Positions 22,254 through 35,627 of a DNA stretch of 64,000 bases are shown in pieces. Where the stretch lies: assembly GCF_006345805.1 (NCBI RefSeq), contig NC_043006.1:7936001-8000000 (forward strand), read 5' to 3'. The position numbers and the translations under genes were made by a program. The notes under the pieces are model-generated. The model was not told where the DNA came from. It saw only the letters and a program-made list of their open reading frames with translations, and ran no database searches. Source of the stretch: Octopus sinensis. Lineage: Eukaryota. Positions within the stretch are counted from its first letter, which is position 1, and every line of letters starts with the position of its first letter.

Positions 22254-22499
22254 TGGCATTGCTTTCTTAATGTCATATAAAATCCGAATGACGTCACACT
22301 GCTTAGCAAAAGTGTATTTGCTGATATTTTGGAACTTACCTCCTCCTTCGTAGGAAAGTCGGTGTCATTTTGTGCTATGCACTTCAGCTCAAATAGAAAC
22401 ATTAAGGGGAGGTCTTTGTTTGTTTGAATTTTATTATTGTTGCTATTGTTGCTATTTGTAATTAATGGACGTTATTGGCCCTGCTAATGAGATTAAAAT

Positions 22500-22900
22500 A
22501 TTGCTGAATTCGCCGCATAACCATCGTCACAAACTTTCGTTCGGCTCCAAGGTCCTCCACGACTGAACTGAACCATTCACCCTACGAGTCACCCAAATGA
22601 TCCTCGAACGGCCTCAGCAACTTGGTGTCAAAGGTCCATGGTTCATACACACATGATGCTACTTTCAGACCAAGCTTTTTAGAGATTTCAACTTGATGCT
22701 TTTGCTGAGGGTATAGTCTCTCCATCTTAAGTGACCTCAGAGCTGATCTTTTGCCCCACGCTTTTCTCTGATTTCTTGAATGCGGTTCGCTGTATGGCAA
22801 GAATGGACCACACGTACTTGATGTTGTTAACTTGCATTTTCTTGTCCCTCTGATCGTATAATCAACTGATCTGAGTCTCTGATAGCTGCCATGATCTTAC
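22500..22900 (-). pseudogene. Possible decayed CR1/L2-like RT C-terminal fragment
   Basis: SALRSLKMERLYPQQKHQVEISKKL resembles the CR1 ERLxxLxLxSLExRRxRxDLI tail; weak. Confidence 0.3.
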
Positions 22901-23014
22901 TCTCTTTGGTTTTAATCTCTAACTGAAACTCACTGGAGACTTCACAAAGTTTGTGAGTCAATATTTGGGGGTTAACAAGTGAAGTACAAATCAGCATAAC
23001 GAAGGTTATTTGTA

Positions 23015-23181
23015 AGAGGGAGCTGAAAAGTTCCTGGCTTTTGGTAAAAGAAAAAACAGAAGGATCAGTTAATTATAATTTTATTCAACATATTTCCCTC
23101 TCAAATTCACACTTATTGCAACGGTTCTTCCGTTTTTCTCGGAAGGTTGGGCCTCCAACCAGGCCTTTCAGCACTCCTTCA
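23015..23181. mobile_element. Mariner-type MITE family E with TA flanks
   Basis: TA|agagggagctgaaaag...ctttcagcactccttca|TA. Confidence 0.7.
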
Positions 23182-24453
23182 TAACTGCTGGACACTGATG
23201 CAGGCATCAATCTAACCAAGATCAGTCTCCAACTTCTGCATCACCTTCTAAGCGTAGAGATTAAAACAGAGAGGTGAAAATAGACACAGTTGCCAAATCA
23301 TTCCGTTGGCTTACGCGCCACTTGAACATCCGGTTTCTAACCAGTGTATAATGTCACTTCCTCAGAACGTGATTCATCTGGTCGGTGTGCCTCTTATTAA
23401 GAAATTGCCAATTTCAGCGTCTCCATTTTGGCTGTTGACAGGCAATATAGAGACTGTTGTTGTCACAGATGTGACGAGAAGTCGCTCCCCAGAGCAGTTC
23501 AGAGGTCCTGGGCTCTAACACCTACATATCTCACTACCCAAGGGGTTCTTACCCTCATTAGTGTTAAGGGCCTTAGTAACCAGCACAAGTCTTGCCTTGG
23601 GTAGCAGCGGGGAATGTATTGCACAATGCAACAAAAGGTCTGTATCTCATCCTCATCTGCATTCGTTGTAGACACACAGACAGGGATTTAAAACAGGTTG
23701 AAAGGTAAAGGTTTTAAACGCAGAGTACTTGAGCAATGACTGCCCTGTAGAAGATCAAATTATTTGGGGTGTTCTTAATACGGAGTACTCCCGCACCAAT
23801 TCTGTGCAGGTTTCCTCTAGAGTAGACAAACAGCCTACACTATGCGTGTTGACGTGACCAACCGTGTCGAAATTTGAAACCAATATAAAATATCCAAATG
23901 CACAACAAATAGTTGAAAATTGCACCCTAAAATGCCAACCACCTTGCACCACTTGTAGCCTCCCTCTCCCAATGACAATCTCTAAGCAGAATTCAAGAAC
24001 TTGTCATCCCACAAGAAAAAGATGACTGAGAACACATTAAGTAAAGTCCATAAATTCTATTAAATTAAATTAGAATATTTTCGTCTGTTCGAAGGAAATT
24101 TTAATCGCTCTTTCAGACATGAAATAAATTATTAGTGATAGTCATTTTACTATCAACAGCGATTTGTGCTGATGAAATTCTTTTCAGAATCGAGAGCATA
24201 TAATATGTGCCTTCTGGTGCCTTTTATTAACGCGAACTTATGTTACTAATTAAGTGTCTAATGAAACAAAGCTGTAAAACATTTAATCAAATCTCCAACA
24301 ATGTGTCTGCAGCAAGAATGAAATAGTCGCGGAATCTATATTAAGTCATACGCCTCGCAGTCTATCAACACTATGAGATACAAAAGATAGCGACAACGGG
24401 TGTGGTGATATATATATGCTTACATACGCGCGCGCGGCTATGTGTGTAACTAT

Positions 24454-24710
24454 GGTGAAAGCGCGTGGCTTAGCGGTTAGGGTGTCAGCATCATGACCGT
24501 AAGATCGTGGTTTCGATTCCTGGCCCGAGCGACGCGTTATGTTCTTGGGCAAAACACTTAATTTCACGTTGCTGCAGTCCACTCAGCTGGCAAAAATGAG
24601 TAACGCTGCGATGGACTGGCATCCCATCCAGATAGGGAGCAAATGCGCCATAGAAAACCGGGAAACCGGGCCCATGAGCCTGGCTAGGCTTTAAAAGGGC
24701 GCATTTATTT
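24454..24710 (+). mobile_element. tRNA-type SINE, head D with a CORE-like block and tail T1
   Basis: tRNA-like head; ttgggcaaaacacttaatttcacgttgctgcagtccactcagctggcaaaaatgagta; T1 tail gatggactggcatccc...ctaggctttaaaaggg. Confidence 0.8.
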
Positions 24711-24714
24711 AAAT

Positions 24715-24948
24715 AAAGGCGGAGAGCTGGCAGAAAAGTTAGGGCGCCGGGCGAAATGCTTAGCGGTATTTCGTCTGTCGTTGCGTTCTGAGTTCAAATT
24801 CCGCCGAAGTCAACTTTGCCTTTCATCCTTTCGGGGTCGATAAATAAAGTACCAGTTTCGCACTGGGGTCGATATAATCAACTTAATCCCTTTGTCTGTC
24901 CTTGTTTGTCCCCTCTATATTTAGTCCCTTGTAGGCAGTAAAGAAATA
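24715..24948 (+). mobile_element. SINE family B2, standalone copy
   Basis: Full head, core and tail ending gtaaagaaata, directly after the preceding SINE. Confidence 0.85.
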
Positions 24949-26399
24949 TGTGTGTGTCTGTATTTTCATACATGTATATTGTTTGTGTCACGTTTCTAGA
25001 AGATGTGGGTTCGAGTCCCAAGGGCAGCCTTCTATCCAAACTTATAGCTTTATCTACTTCGAGCACACCATTTATAAACGATTTATATGCATATGTATAT
25101 GTGTGTATTTGTGTGCATGTGTGCGTGTGCGTGCATTTGTGCATTCATGCATGTAAATATAAGTGTCCTGTGAAAATTTCTTGTTTTCTATTGGCACATT
25201 TTGATAATGAATATATTTGGAAATAAAACTACGAGATATAATATAGAGCTGAATGGGGTATATACTGGACACATAGCCTACAAGTACAATATTTCTGTAT
25301 ACGAATGTGTGAGAGTGAGTGTATACTATACACACACTTCGATATGTGTATATGGATGTAAGTATATCTGATTTTTGTGTGTGAATGCTATTGGTAACGC
25401 ATAATCTAGTACACCAAAGTTCGTGGTCGGGTTTTTGACAATTACAGAGACACCTCGCTATTCATCAGACTATATTGGTGAGGAATACAAGAATCTCAGA
25501 CAAAGAGACAGAAGAATGCAATTCAGCTGCAATGACTATCCAGCAATAGTGTGCACGGACATAGAAATACTTATGATGGCAAACTTATACTAGAAATACT
25601 TACGATGGCACGTGACCTGTAGTTTTCGTCAAAGCAACTACCTAGGAAACAGGAAAAATCCGAAGTCCAATCGCTGCAATATTATCGGTTCCTTTCATTG
25701 GGTAAAGATTCGGATGAACAAGACGTTCGGTCTACATTTGACGATTTGCTATGCTCCCTTCTGTTTCAGACACAGCTTAATGTATTGGTGAACATTAGAG
25801 ACGTTGAAGAGCGTAACGTTTAAATTTGTAGTTTAGAAAAGATTATCTGACATGGAAGACTGTAAGCCCTCTGAATATTGAAATGCAGCTAGCTGTATCA
25901 TGACGATTTGCGCCGGGTGTTAAAATGCCGACATCATGACTGGAACTCAGTGCTCTGCGAACACTGTAAAGGGTGTAAGACGTGATGAGGACAGCTACAA
26001 TGGAGACATTGTCGCTGTGACTAGCAAGAAGAGACTAGGAATTGACGCCGAAATTCATCGCCACATCTTTTAACAAGGCCCTACCCTCAATGCAGACAGC
26101 TACGTGAGGCTGCTGTTGTTGTTGTTGTTGTTGTTAAGCAACAGGTAAGGGTGATTAGGTGATGGTCTTGGGCTTAGGGGCGGGAGACCCCAGGCCTTGG
26201 AAAATGAAACTTTGGTCGTCTTGTTGTAGTCGAGGGCTCTTCGTTGACGCTCGACACCACTGGGAGGTGAACCTCGAAGTCACTGGAAATGGAGATCTCC
26301 AGGTCCAAATTCTTGAACGGCACGTGAAGCTGCTGAAGAATGTGGCCAATCTTTAGCTGGAAGGTCATATGTATAGTAACTGTATTCGGCTCCTCGCCT

Positions 26400-27000
26400 T
26401 ACCTCCAGAATGTATTGGGCTGAAAAGATGTTTTCATGGACATTTGGTCATAGATTGGCAGGAAAATATCCCGATAGCGGATGAGGTCTCGTTGAAAACG
26501 TATTGGTAAGGAAATTTTGGAACTTTATGAAAAACAAAACTTTCTCAAAAGTCTAGGGATCTGAGGCAAAATTTGGCATAATCTTAGTTAAATGACACTT
26601 GGAATGTAGGTGATGACTCATTGGAAGCGTATCGATAAAGCTATTTTAGAAATTTATGAAAATTCCAAATTTTCAAAATATCTTGGAGTCTGGAACCGAA
26701 TTTCCATATTTGAGTATTTTGGCTCAAAACAGGACATCGGTTGAATGAAAAAGAAGATTGGAAGATAGCTGAGACCGCGTTGCAAACGTATTTATAACAC
26801 AATTCTGGAAATTTACGAAACTGGTGACTTTTTTTCTTCTTAGATTGAGTGATCTGGGGTCAGCTTTTCATATTTGCATATTTCGAGGCCGAAAGACAAA
26901 AAGTTATATAATTCGAATTAAATGACGATTGGAAGGTGGTTAGGGGCACATTGGAAGCGTATTGATCAGACAATTATGAAAATCTGTGGGCTCATTTGAA
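26400..27000. repeat. Degenerate array of 130-170 bp units
   Basis: Motif c(a/g)ttg(g/c/a)aa(g/a)cgtat..aatt.tggaa.tttatgaaa recurs near 26490, 26620, 26775 and 26948. Confidence 0.55.
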
Positions 27001-27132
27001 GCTCGGTCTGGGCCCAAATATACATAAATCTTCAAATGAGTATAATTTAAATTAAAATGAAGAACAAACACAATTTACCATAAGGATAACTTGCTTTGAT
27101 ACATTATAGCATCATTTCGTTAAACAAGTAAC

Positions 27133-27657
27133 CAATATTCCTTCTTCAGATATTGTTAGATGGAGTCGCTGCTGTAATCGGTTTTCTAACGGCTTTTCTT
27201 TTCTATTTGTTGGAAGCGTCTCAGCAATGGTCTCACGATGCTCGAGGCCAATGAAAGAAATCTAGGTAATTTAAGAATTAAGGAAGCTATAATCATATAC
27301 AGACTAGGGCCCCAGGCTGGAGGTTGGTAATCAATACATTATTTAGATACATCTGGATGCGTATAGGTTCATTTTTGTTAATATGCTCATCTGTAGGTTT
27401 TGACAAAAAAAAGAAGAGAAGACAAAAAATGAAGGGAGTCAAGGAAGCTGCACGTATAATATGTAACTTAAAAGCAGCGCTACGGATGTACCAGAACACA
27501 AGAGATTGAGGCCGACCTCACACTTTTCATGAGGAATTCCGGTAGGAGCATCGTGCGACCACTGCTGAGACGCTTCCAAAAGTTGAAAAAAGAAAAGCCT
27601 TTAGAAAACCGATTATAGCAGCGACGCCATCTAAGAATATCTGGAGAAGGAATATTG
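27133..27657. mobile_element. Inverted-repeat element: arms of about 110 bp, spacer of about 300 bp
   Basis: 27133-27243 is the imperfect reverse complement of 27546-27657. Confidence 0.75.
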
Positions 27658-28179
27658 TTCCGAAATATCATATGAGAATATAAATGACTAAATTACAACA
27701 GGTAAATAGCTCATTGTCTGTATTATAGTGCATTGTTGTACCATTCAAAATTTGTTATTCTTTACAAACAATTCATAATGCTTCAAGCGAACTACAATAC
27801 TCTCCTATTATTACATTTGTTTCCTATTATTATATTTGTTTTGTTTCCTTTCGTTTTCGTCACAATTTACGGTTTTGCATTCTCTTCTGTCGAAATATGT
27901 TTTATTTCATTTAATTTCATTTATGATAGTCATATGTGTCCCTTTATCTCTATTAGTCACAAGTTTTAACCATACAAACTTTCCATTTCCTTGTTTTCAC
28001 CATCCAGTCGCCAAGTTTTTAATTCTACAAAGTGCCTTAACAGCAGTATCCAGAGGTTTCCTAATGCCACTAAACTTCGAAACTGCTAGAACCCATAGCG
28101 AGACAGCTGATGAAGGCTAACTATTCGTCTGTTCTGCCTAGCATGTTTTTAGCGTTTGTACCCGCCCTTTATGCACACG

Positions 28180-28204
28180 CACGCGCACACACACACACAC
28201 GCAT

Positions 28205-28241
<37 letters not shown>

Positions 28242-28435
28242 CATATACACACTTACGCATGCATACATACACACAATCACCTACACATGCACATACATAT
28301 ATGTGTGTGAGTGCATCTGTACGTGTGCATGTATATATGTATGCGTGTACATATGCATGCGCTTATGTGTGTTTTTGCATGTGTATTTTTGCGCGCGTGT
28401 GTGTGTGTGTGTTTGCATGTGTGTGTGTGTGTTTG

Positions 28436-28472
<37 letters not shown>
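28180..28472. repeat. (CA)n/(TA)n/(TG)n compound microsatellite
   Basis: Direct reading. Confidence 0.9.
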
Positions 28473-28474
<2 letters not shown>

Positions 28475-29338
28475 ATAAATATTATATCCATGGTGTTTTG
28501 TGGTTATGTGGATCTCAAAACTATTTTAGCGACATTATTTTCACCAAAACGAGATAGTTATTGCAAGAAGTGATATTGAATTCCATAAAAGTATTTATTT
28601 TCTTAGTATTCATTCTGCCGGAGACAAATTTTGGCTTGCAGGTCTGCAATTTATTCCTGTATCAATAACATTAACCAAATGAAAGTAGTGCTTGATTTCG
28701 GCATGATGCTAATGTCTTCAAGGTGTCAGAGACAACAGAGATTGAACTCAAAACCCACTGAATTGCAACGCTAAACAGTCAGTCATTTGTTTCAATTTAC
28801 TCTTTAATGTGTAAATCAACTAGGTACTTATTTCCTTCACACCTGAAGAAATGACAGGTAAATCGATATACGCACGATTGAGTTGCTTAACATAATCATT
28901 CCTCGCAGCTAGTTAAATTATTTTCACAAAATATGATTAAAGATTTTGTTTTTCTTTTGTGTTAGGCATTTTTACATCAACACATTTTAGTCTTTGAATT
29001 GAATCGAAGAAAACTGAATATTGTAACTAAAAGTTCGATTCCGTGATTCCTGCGCTCGTTATCATCCCTGTGTCCTACATTAAGTATATTTAAATATGGG
29101 TGTGTCTAAAAAATAGGAATGGAATAAAATAATCCCGACAGGTAAAGATTTCAACGAATCGCTAAACGGACTTTGCTCTGATTTAGGAAACAAGCTGGTT
29201 CAGAATTATGTAAAACAGCCTCAAGATGTCTATTCGTTTTGGTATTGTAATTCACTGTAATTCACCGTAGTTCACCGTAATTTGTTGTACCTCCCAAGGC
29301 AGTGTGGAATACTTTAAATAGGTCATCAATATTGCATG

Positions 29339-29377
<39 letters not shown>

Positions 29378-29384
29378 TATATAT

Positions 29385-30976
29385 GATAGGGTCGGACTGG
29401 AGTCGCTGGAAGGCTCGGAGAATGGGGCGGAGAAGGGTGGTGGGGTGGTAGGTGACGGGGAAACGGGAGACGGGTGGCGGGACGAGTACCGATGCACGGA
29501 GAACAGATGCACGGTTCACGGAATGTGCTTTGGCAAGGGCGGTGAGGATAGCGGTGAAGGGATATCACCGTAGGATGAAGTGGCGAGCCATGAGTTGAGA
29601 CGGAGTCTCAAAGTCATGGTTGTCACTGCAGAGCCTGCGTAGACGGAGGATTTGGGAATAGGAGATGGAGAGCTTGGTGTGTATAGGGTGGGAGGCGGAG
29701 AAGTTGAGGTATTAGTGTGAGTCTGTGTGTTTGTAGTGGATGGAGGTGGTGAGAGTGGAGTGATGAATGTTGACTGAAATGTCGAGAAAGGCGACTGGGC
29801 GACTGAGGTGTCGGAAATAGTGCAGGAGGAGTGAAGGGCAAGATGGAAGAGAGGAAGAGTGAGGTCGCACTGATGCATTCGTTAATATAAGGACCATATA
29901 GTTCAGGAGTGGGACCAGTGAAACTTAAGAATATTTGGGCCTCAACGTAGCCAACGAACAAGTTCGCATAGTTGGGGCCCATTCTCGTTCCCATAGCCAC
30001 TCCCGAGAATTACTGGTAAAAATCACCCGCGAACGAGAAGCAGTTAAGTGAGAGGGCAAGAAGTATGCATGTGTTACTTTGGGTGTTGTGTCGATGGTCT
30101 CGGAATTGTTTGAGTGCACGCAGCCCCTGGTGGTGAAGGATCACCGTGTATAGACTCTTGAAGTCAAGAATGAAGAGAAGTTTAGAGAGGCCAGGAGGGA
30201 AGGAGAAAGAGTTGCACAAACGAAGAGCATGGTTGGTGTCATGGATGTAAGAGGGGAGAGAAGCTACTAGGGGCAAGGACACAGTCAAGATATCTGGAGA
30301 TGAGTTCGGTGGGGCAGTTGCAGGCCGAGACGATGTGGTGGCCAGGGTTGTTAGGTTTGCGGATTTTGGGGAGGAAGTAAATTGTAGGAATGCGAGGGGT
30401 GCGGACAATGAGATTAGAGGCGGTAGGAGAAGACGGGAGGAGGAGATGAGGTCATGGATAGTGGCGGACACAGTCTGTTTGTAGTTGGGCGTGGCGTTGG
30501 AGGGCAGAGGGCAGTTGAAGAAGATGTCTTGAAGGTCCGCGCGCCACGCCACCACGGCTGCACTCTTGTCGGCCGGTCTTATGATTATGTCCGTGCGGCT
30601 CCGGAGACATCTAAAGGCCGAGAGTTCGGTTGGGCAATGTTCAGAAGTCGGGGACGCTTGAAAAAGTCAAACCTGTCCACAGCACGCTGGTAGGCGCCCG
30701 CAAAAAGATTGACCGCTTGGAACTGGCGTCCACTGGGATGGTCGGCGGTCCAGGTCGGTGAAGCAGTCTCCTCATAAAATGCAGGCGGTGATTGAAAATG
30801 GAGGAGGAAAGATTTGTAATCGGGCATGATTAAAAAACAAGAAGAAAAAAGTTAAGGAGATGGGGGAGAGAAAGGCAAATAAAGACGTGGGGAGGAAAAA
30901 TTCAAAGGTGTGGGGAGAAAAAATAAAAACAAGGAGAGAAAGAAAGAGGAGGAAGGAAGAAACAAAGAAAAAGGGG

Positions 30977-30978
<2 letters not shown>
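29385..30978 (-). mobile_element. Penelope-like element, decayed RT, GIY-YIG end missing, flanked by (TA)n
   Basis: IIRPADKSAAVV, LPSYIHDTNHAL, LDFKSLYT, GVAMGTRMGPNYANLF, FLDISV, YKHTDSHSYL, SQILRLRRLCS and FQRLQSDP across several frames. Confidence 0.9.
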
Positions 30979-31031
<53 letters not shown>

Positions 31032-31043
31032 TATATATATATA

Positions 31044-31183
31044 CGAGTAAGCACATAACTACAAAATAAGGTTGAAAAACTGTACACGAATACCGGAAGT
31101 AGAGTATTAAGCTTTTTATTTAAGCTGCAAAAACATCACAAAAAAACTCAGTTTCACTTTCCCGTTCGTCAGACAGTTGTGAT
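31044..31183 (-). mobile_element. Family P2 copy 3, HHR core kept (31151-31176) but stem III and the 3' stem I strand lost
   Basis: Minus strand reads CTGT-CTGACGA-AC-gggaaa-GT-GAAAC-tgagttt. Confidence 0.65.
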
Positions 31184-31674
31184 CAAGACTGGAATAAAAT
31201 TATGGTACATGTAATGTAGGATTTGATATAATCCAAATTGACAAATAAGGAATTGGATTTGATTGGTTGACTTATTTTTAAAAAAGATAAACGGTATGTA
31301 TGTTAACATGTGCGTATTTATGTATGTATGTGTATGCAGATATATATATATATGCATATGTATATATATGTATGTGCGTGTGAGTGTGTGTTGTGTGTGT
31401 ATCTATCTATACGTGTGTGTGTGTGTGTGTGTGCTTATATGCATTATGTAGTTGCATTTATATCTTGCCATAGATTCATATGTTTGTATGAGTGTGTATC
31501 TATACATTAGAATATCGTTATTGAATTTTTCAACCTAATAACTTCTTCAATCCATGGTTTTATAAAAATGTAAAGTAAAAACTGTTTATCTTCTGTGTAT
31601 TAGTCAAAAATATGTTTTTAGCCCCAAACAGAAGGCAAACCGTTTTTACTTCAAATTTTTATAAATTTTTATTG

Positions 31675-31715
31675 ATATTTGTTTAGATGAGATTCATCAT
31701 CGAAACCGGAAATAT
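31675..31715 (+). ncRNA. Decayed HHR-like motif
   Basis: tAGATGA-GAT-tcatc-ATC-GAA-ACCGG-a-aatat; the 5' half of the core and U16.1 are damaged. Confidence 0.3.
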
Positions 31716-32783
31716 TTTCTTCATATAATTTTTGAAATCATTTTTATTAAACTCCTTAAATTGAAATATCTTACATTTATTTCTGTGCTGTTTCCACCTC
31801 CATCAATATTTGAAATACGAAAAAGTTGTCTCAATTTGTGGACGGGAACGGTTTAAGGGGCGATAGATGGGGTCGGATTGGCGCAAACATTTACAGAGAC
31901 ATGTAAAAAGAGGCGAGGAAGCGACTGGACTATTTCAAAAGCTGTAGTTACTAGGGCGACAAAACCCAGACTTTGACAAGTGTTTGTCGTTTCTCGCTTA
32001 CAGATATCACCCTGTCTACCTCGATCTCTCTTTTTCTTCCTTCCCTTCACTCTCTCTCTATAACGACGTTTGACACTTTTCACTCTTATTCCTTCTCCAC
32101 CTTCGCCGTCTCTCTGTCACTCCTTCTCCACCACCTCTCTCACTGTACGTCTGTCTGTATCTATCTTCTGTTCTTAATTATTTAAATTCTTCCTCTGAGG
32201 AAGGAGCTGGTTTCTAACGAAGATACAAAGCTCCATCGGTGGAATGTAGTTAATACAACACTGTTACATTTTAAACTTGAGAAAAGTTTTACGTATTTTT
32301 AATGTTCCACTTACAGACTGCATTTGTTATGTACGAGTTAGTTAAATCCTTAAAATCCTTTAAAATGTTTTAGCCCGAAGGCCGCGGCCATGCTGGGGCA
32401 CCACCACTGGTTAGTTGATTATATTTTCTGAAAACTCTAACGTATCCAGATTGTCACAAAACCAAGTGCGCCAATTATTTTTCGTATAAATGTGAATTTA
32501 TAATCTAGATATAGATGTTTCGAAACAGTTGTTCATAGGTGTCCTCTTTCTCTTTGATTTTTCAAATAGATATTCACATCAGTGGAAAGCTGGCTTCCTT
32601 GACGGTGCATACTTTTTCTCATCTGTCCCAAGCAACAATATCTGGTCCGTTATGTTTACATTTGACGGATGTTTTTATGGGAATGCTCCACCAGTATCCC
32701 TTGTGTTGATATTTGTATATGTCTTCAATAACAGGAGAATTCTATATTAACTCTAAGACAGTATTTTCTCGAATGGCATTATA

Positions 32784-32897
32784 CGGGGGGTGTATGAAAA
32801 GTTTTGAGCCTTCAAGGCGGTTGAGCTTGAAGTCTTGTACCATGTTTTGTTGTTTTTTTGGTTTTTTTTAGATTCAAGACTTTTCATACACCCTTCG
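32784..32897. mobile_element. 114-bp mariner-type MITE
   Basis: TA|cggggggtgtatgaaaagttttga...tcaagactttttcatacacccttcg|TA. Confidence 0.75.
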
Positions 32898-32999
32898 TAT
32901 ATTGGTTCTGCCACAACGTTGTGTCGCATAATGAGATAGTACCTTGATGTCATATTTGGAAAGCTTCTAATTACATAAGTGATGTCTTTCACAGAAATA

Positions 33000-34150
33000 T
33001 GACATAATCTCCATTTTCGGTCGCATCTTAGATCCCCATGGTTATTACTGTCTCTTTGGTCTATTTGGTTTTTGGTATTTCATAGCAATCTCTTGTTCTT
33101 TGATTGCCTTTGAAGTGTGACGTGATGTAGATGTCACGAGTCCAAGAGAGGTTTCACTTCACGTCAATATTACAATATTCAAGTCTTCAAGAAACAAAGC
33201 CATGCATAATCTTTTTTGTTATGCTGAGCGTTTCATATCCAGATCTTCTTTAAGACATATTAATCCGATTGTTTGAGGGGTTGTATGGGAGGTTATCAGG
33301 AAGAGAGTGCTTCCTGAGGAGCTCGTTGCCGAAACATAGCATAATGTTCTCTTTCCTTTTCTGCACTAACTCAATGTATTTCTTTTTTGCTGTTTTGTTA
33401 ATGTAGTCTATGAGAAAGAGAGGGAGAGAAAGGAGGAGAGAAAGGGGAGGAATTCTGTACGACATTTGAACGCCATCTGCACTGAACTCAAATTTTCTAC
33501 CTCCTCTATATCTTATTAGATAGTGGCAGTCGATATCACTATTTCTAAGGAGATTTCTGGTTCATATCAGTATCTGCGGTTTTTAACATGTATGGAGTGG
33601 ATATCGTCTACAGACCAGTCAAATATTCCAAATGTTGGAATCAGCACTAGTACTGAAAATGCATTGTGGGATATTGTCTTGCTGTATTTTTCTAAGCCTG
33701 GCATAATATTCTCGAATCTTTATTCACAGTTCCTTTCTTATGATGTTTCATCAGTGCCTTGGTAACTGTAGCATTTTTGTTTGTTGCAAGAGAGATAGTG
33801 AGACCTTTGGTGCAAAGGGTTTGAATTTGGAGGCCTAACTTTCCCCGTTCTTCAGTCAATTATGAACATTTCTTTTGGCCAAATTTCCTTCTTATGTCAG
33901 CTAAAAATGTTGCTTATTAATTCCATTTGTATTCTGGCATAGCTAACATTTTTAGCATGAATCTTGATTTCATTACGGTGAGCCGTAAATCTCCCTTCAC
34001 TGCTTGTAGTATCGCCCCCACCTTTAGCTCTAAATCCTCATTATCTTTTACAACCACCTTATTCCCACCATCCACACTCTCTCCCTCCCACTCTTGCCGA
34101 TCCTGCTCAGCGTTTAGTGGTCTTTCTGAATAGGATGACAGTATCTGACA
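33000..34150 (-). pseudogene. Possible ancient L2/CR1-like LINE remnant
   Basis: KKIMHGFVS*RLEYCN resembles the xHAFVxSRLDYCN motif; otherwise unalignable by eye. Confidence 0.3.
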
Positions 34151-34671
34151 TCTGCTATTCTTCACTCCTTTATTTCTTTATATACTTGCACCTCCTAACT
34201 ATACGGTCTACTGCATCTCTACTACATCTACCTGTCTGTCTTTCCTCTACACTGTCGTATAATAATCCTACCATTCATTCTCTATTCAAAATTGGAACTG
34301 GTAATTTCTATTATTTTTTGTCATGGATTATCACCGAACATTCTCATTTGAAACTGCTAATGGACATTACCTATAACTGTATTATGTATTTGATCATAAA
34401 AGTACCTAACACAGCTATTTCACCCTGACCCTTCTCCAACGTACTAATATCCTCTACTAGGGATATTCCCTCATTTTCACGTCTATCTGACTTCACCCTC
34501 TCTGATGATGGAATGCTCAGCTTATGGAATCCTTACTCAGTAAGATGATCCACATGCTTAGCTATTCTACAAATACCTATAAGAGACTTTGTTTGCATAT
34601 AGTGTTTATCTAAATTAAATTGCTTTTGAAAGTAATGCCAAACGGTTTGCTTTCTCATTTTTACTTTAATA

Positions 34672-34738
<67 letters not shown>

Positions 34739-34745
34739 CATACAC

Positions 34746-34776
<31 letters not shown>

Positions 34777-35033
34777 TACACATACACACATGTTTTCTCT
34801 GTCTCACTTCCTCCTCACCCTCTTATGCTGCCTTATTCCTCCGCACTACTACGAAACTATAAAATGTTCAAATTCCCCACAAAGGAATTGATTTGATTTG
34901 AGAACCCCACTAGATTGGGAGTAAGCGCTAACAATCCGAATGATATGATCTGAATGATATGATATATATGTAAAAAATGCAATATATAAATAAATATCTA
35001 CAAATATGAACCATCCGATCTGATTACCTCATT

Positions 35034-35088
<55 letters not shown>

Positions 35089-35092
<4 letters not shown>

Positions 35093-35538
35093 ACGTTTAT
35101 ATATTTGTTGTGCAAGATTTTTTTTATGTGAAGTCGTGTGTTGAAACAGATATTATTATATTTCGGAATGGTCATTTTACCAGTTTAGCCAATGAACAAA
35201 AACAAATTACATGAACGTATATAAACAGAAGATACAAATATTACAGGCATCCCCCCACACACACACTGAATAAACATAGACGCACATAGAGATATAAGCA
35301 TGCGCAAAAGAAGACATACAATAGAAATACAAAATAGCTGACGGTTAGTAAGGAGAGACACAAATAAGAAAGAAGAAAACAAAGGACCACTGGTGCGGTC
35401 ACAGGAGTGTGACGAAAGAACTCTGGCCGAAATAAGATTAAGATTAATGTAAAAAATAAATAACATTCAAGCAAAGTAACACCAAATATATAGTGCGTGT
35501 GTTTTTATTGGCTAAACTGGCAAAATGACCATTCCGAA

Positions 35539-35549
<11 letters not shown>
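35089..35549. mobile_element. Fold-back element family P5, copy A
   Basis: Arms 35151-35197 and 35501-35549; the outer segment 35089-35150 is the reverse complement of 44706-44763; flanked by (TA)n and (AAT)n. Confidence 0.75.
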
Positions 35550-35588
<39 letters not shown>

Positions 35589-35596
35589 TATATATA

Positions 35597-35627
<31 letters not shown>

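Noticed and set aside
23200-24000. Possible LINE RT remnant on the minus strand
   Set aside because: Only one weak motif (FYRAVIAQVL); not enough to support a call.
25400-26370. Possible second Penelope-like remnant (LDLEISISS, RHFN, IIFSKLQ) on the minus strand
   Set aside because: The motifs are short, in different frames and not at convincing spacing.
35405-35440. gTGACGA..ggccGAAAT inside P5 copy A
   Set aside because: Stem I and stem III do not pair.
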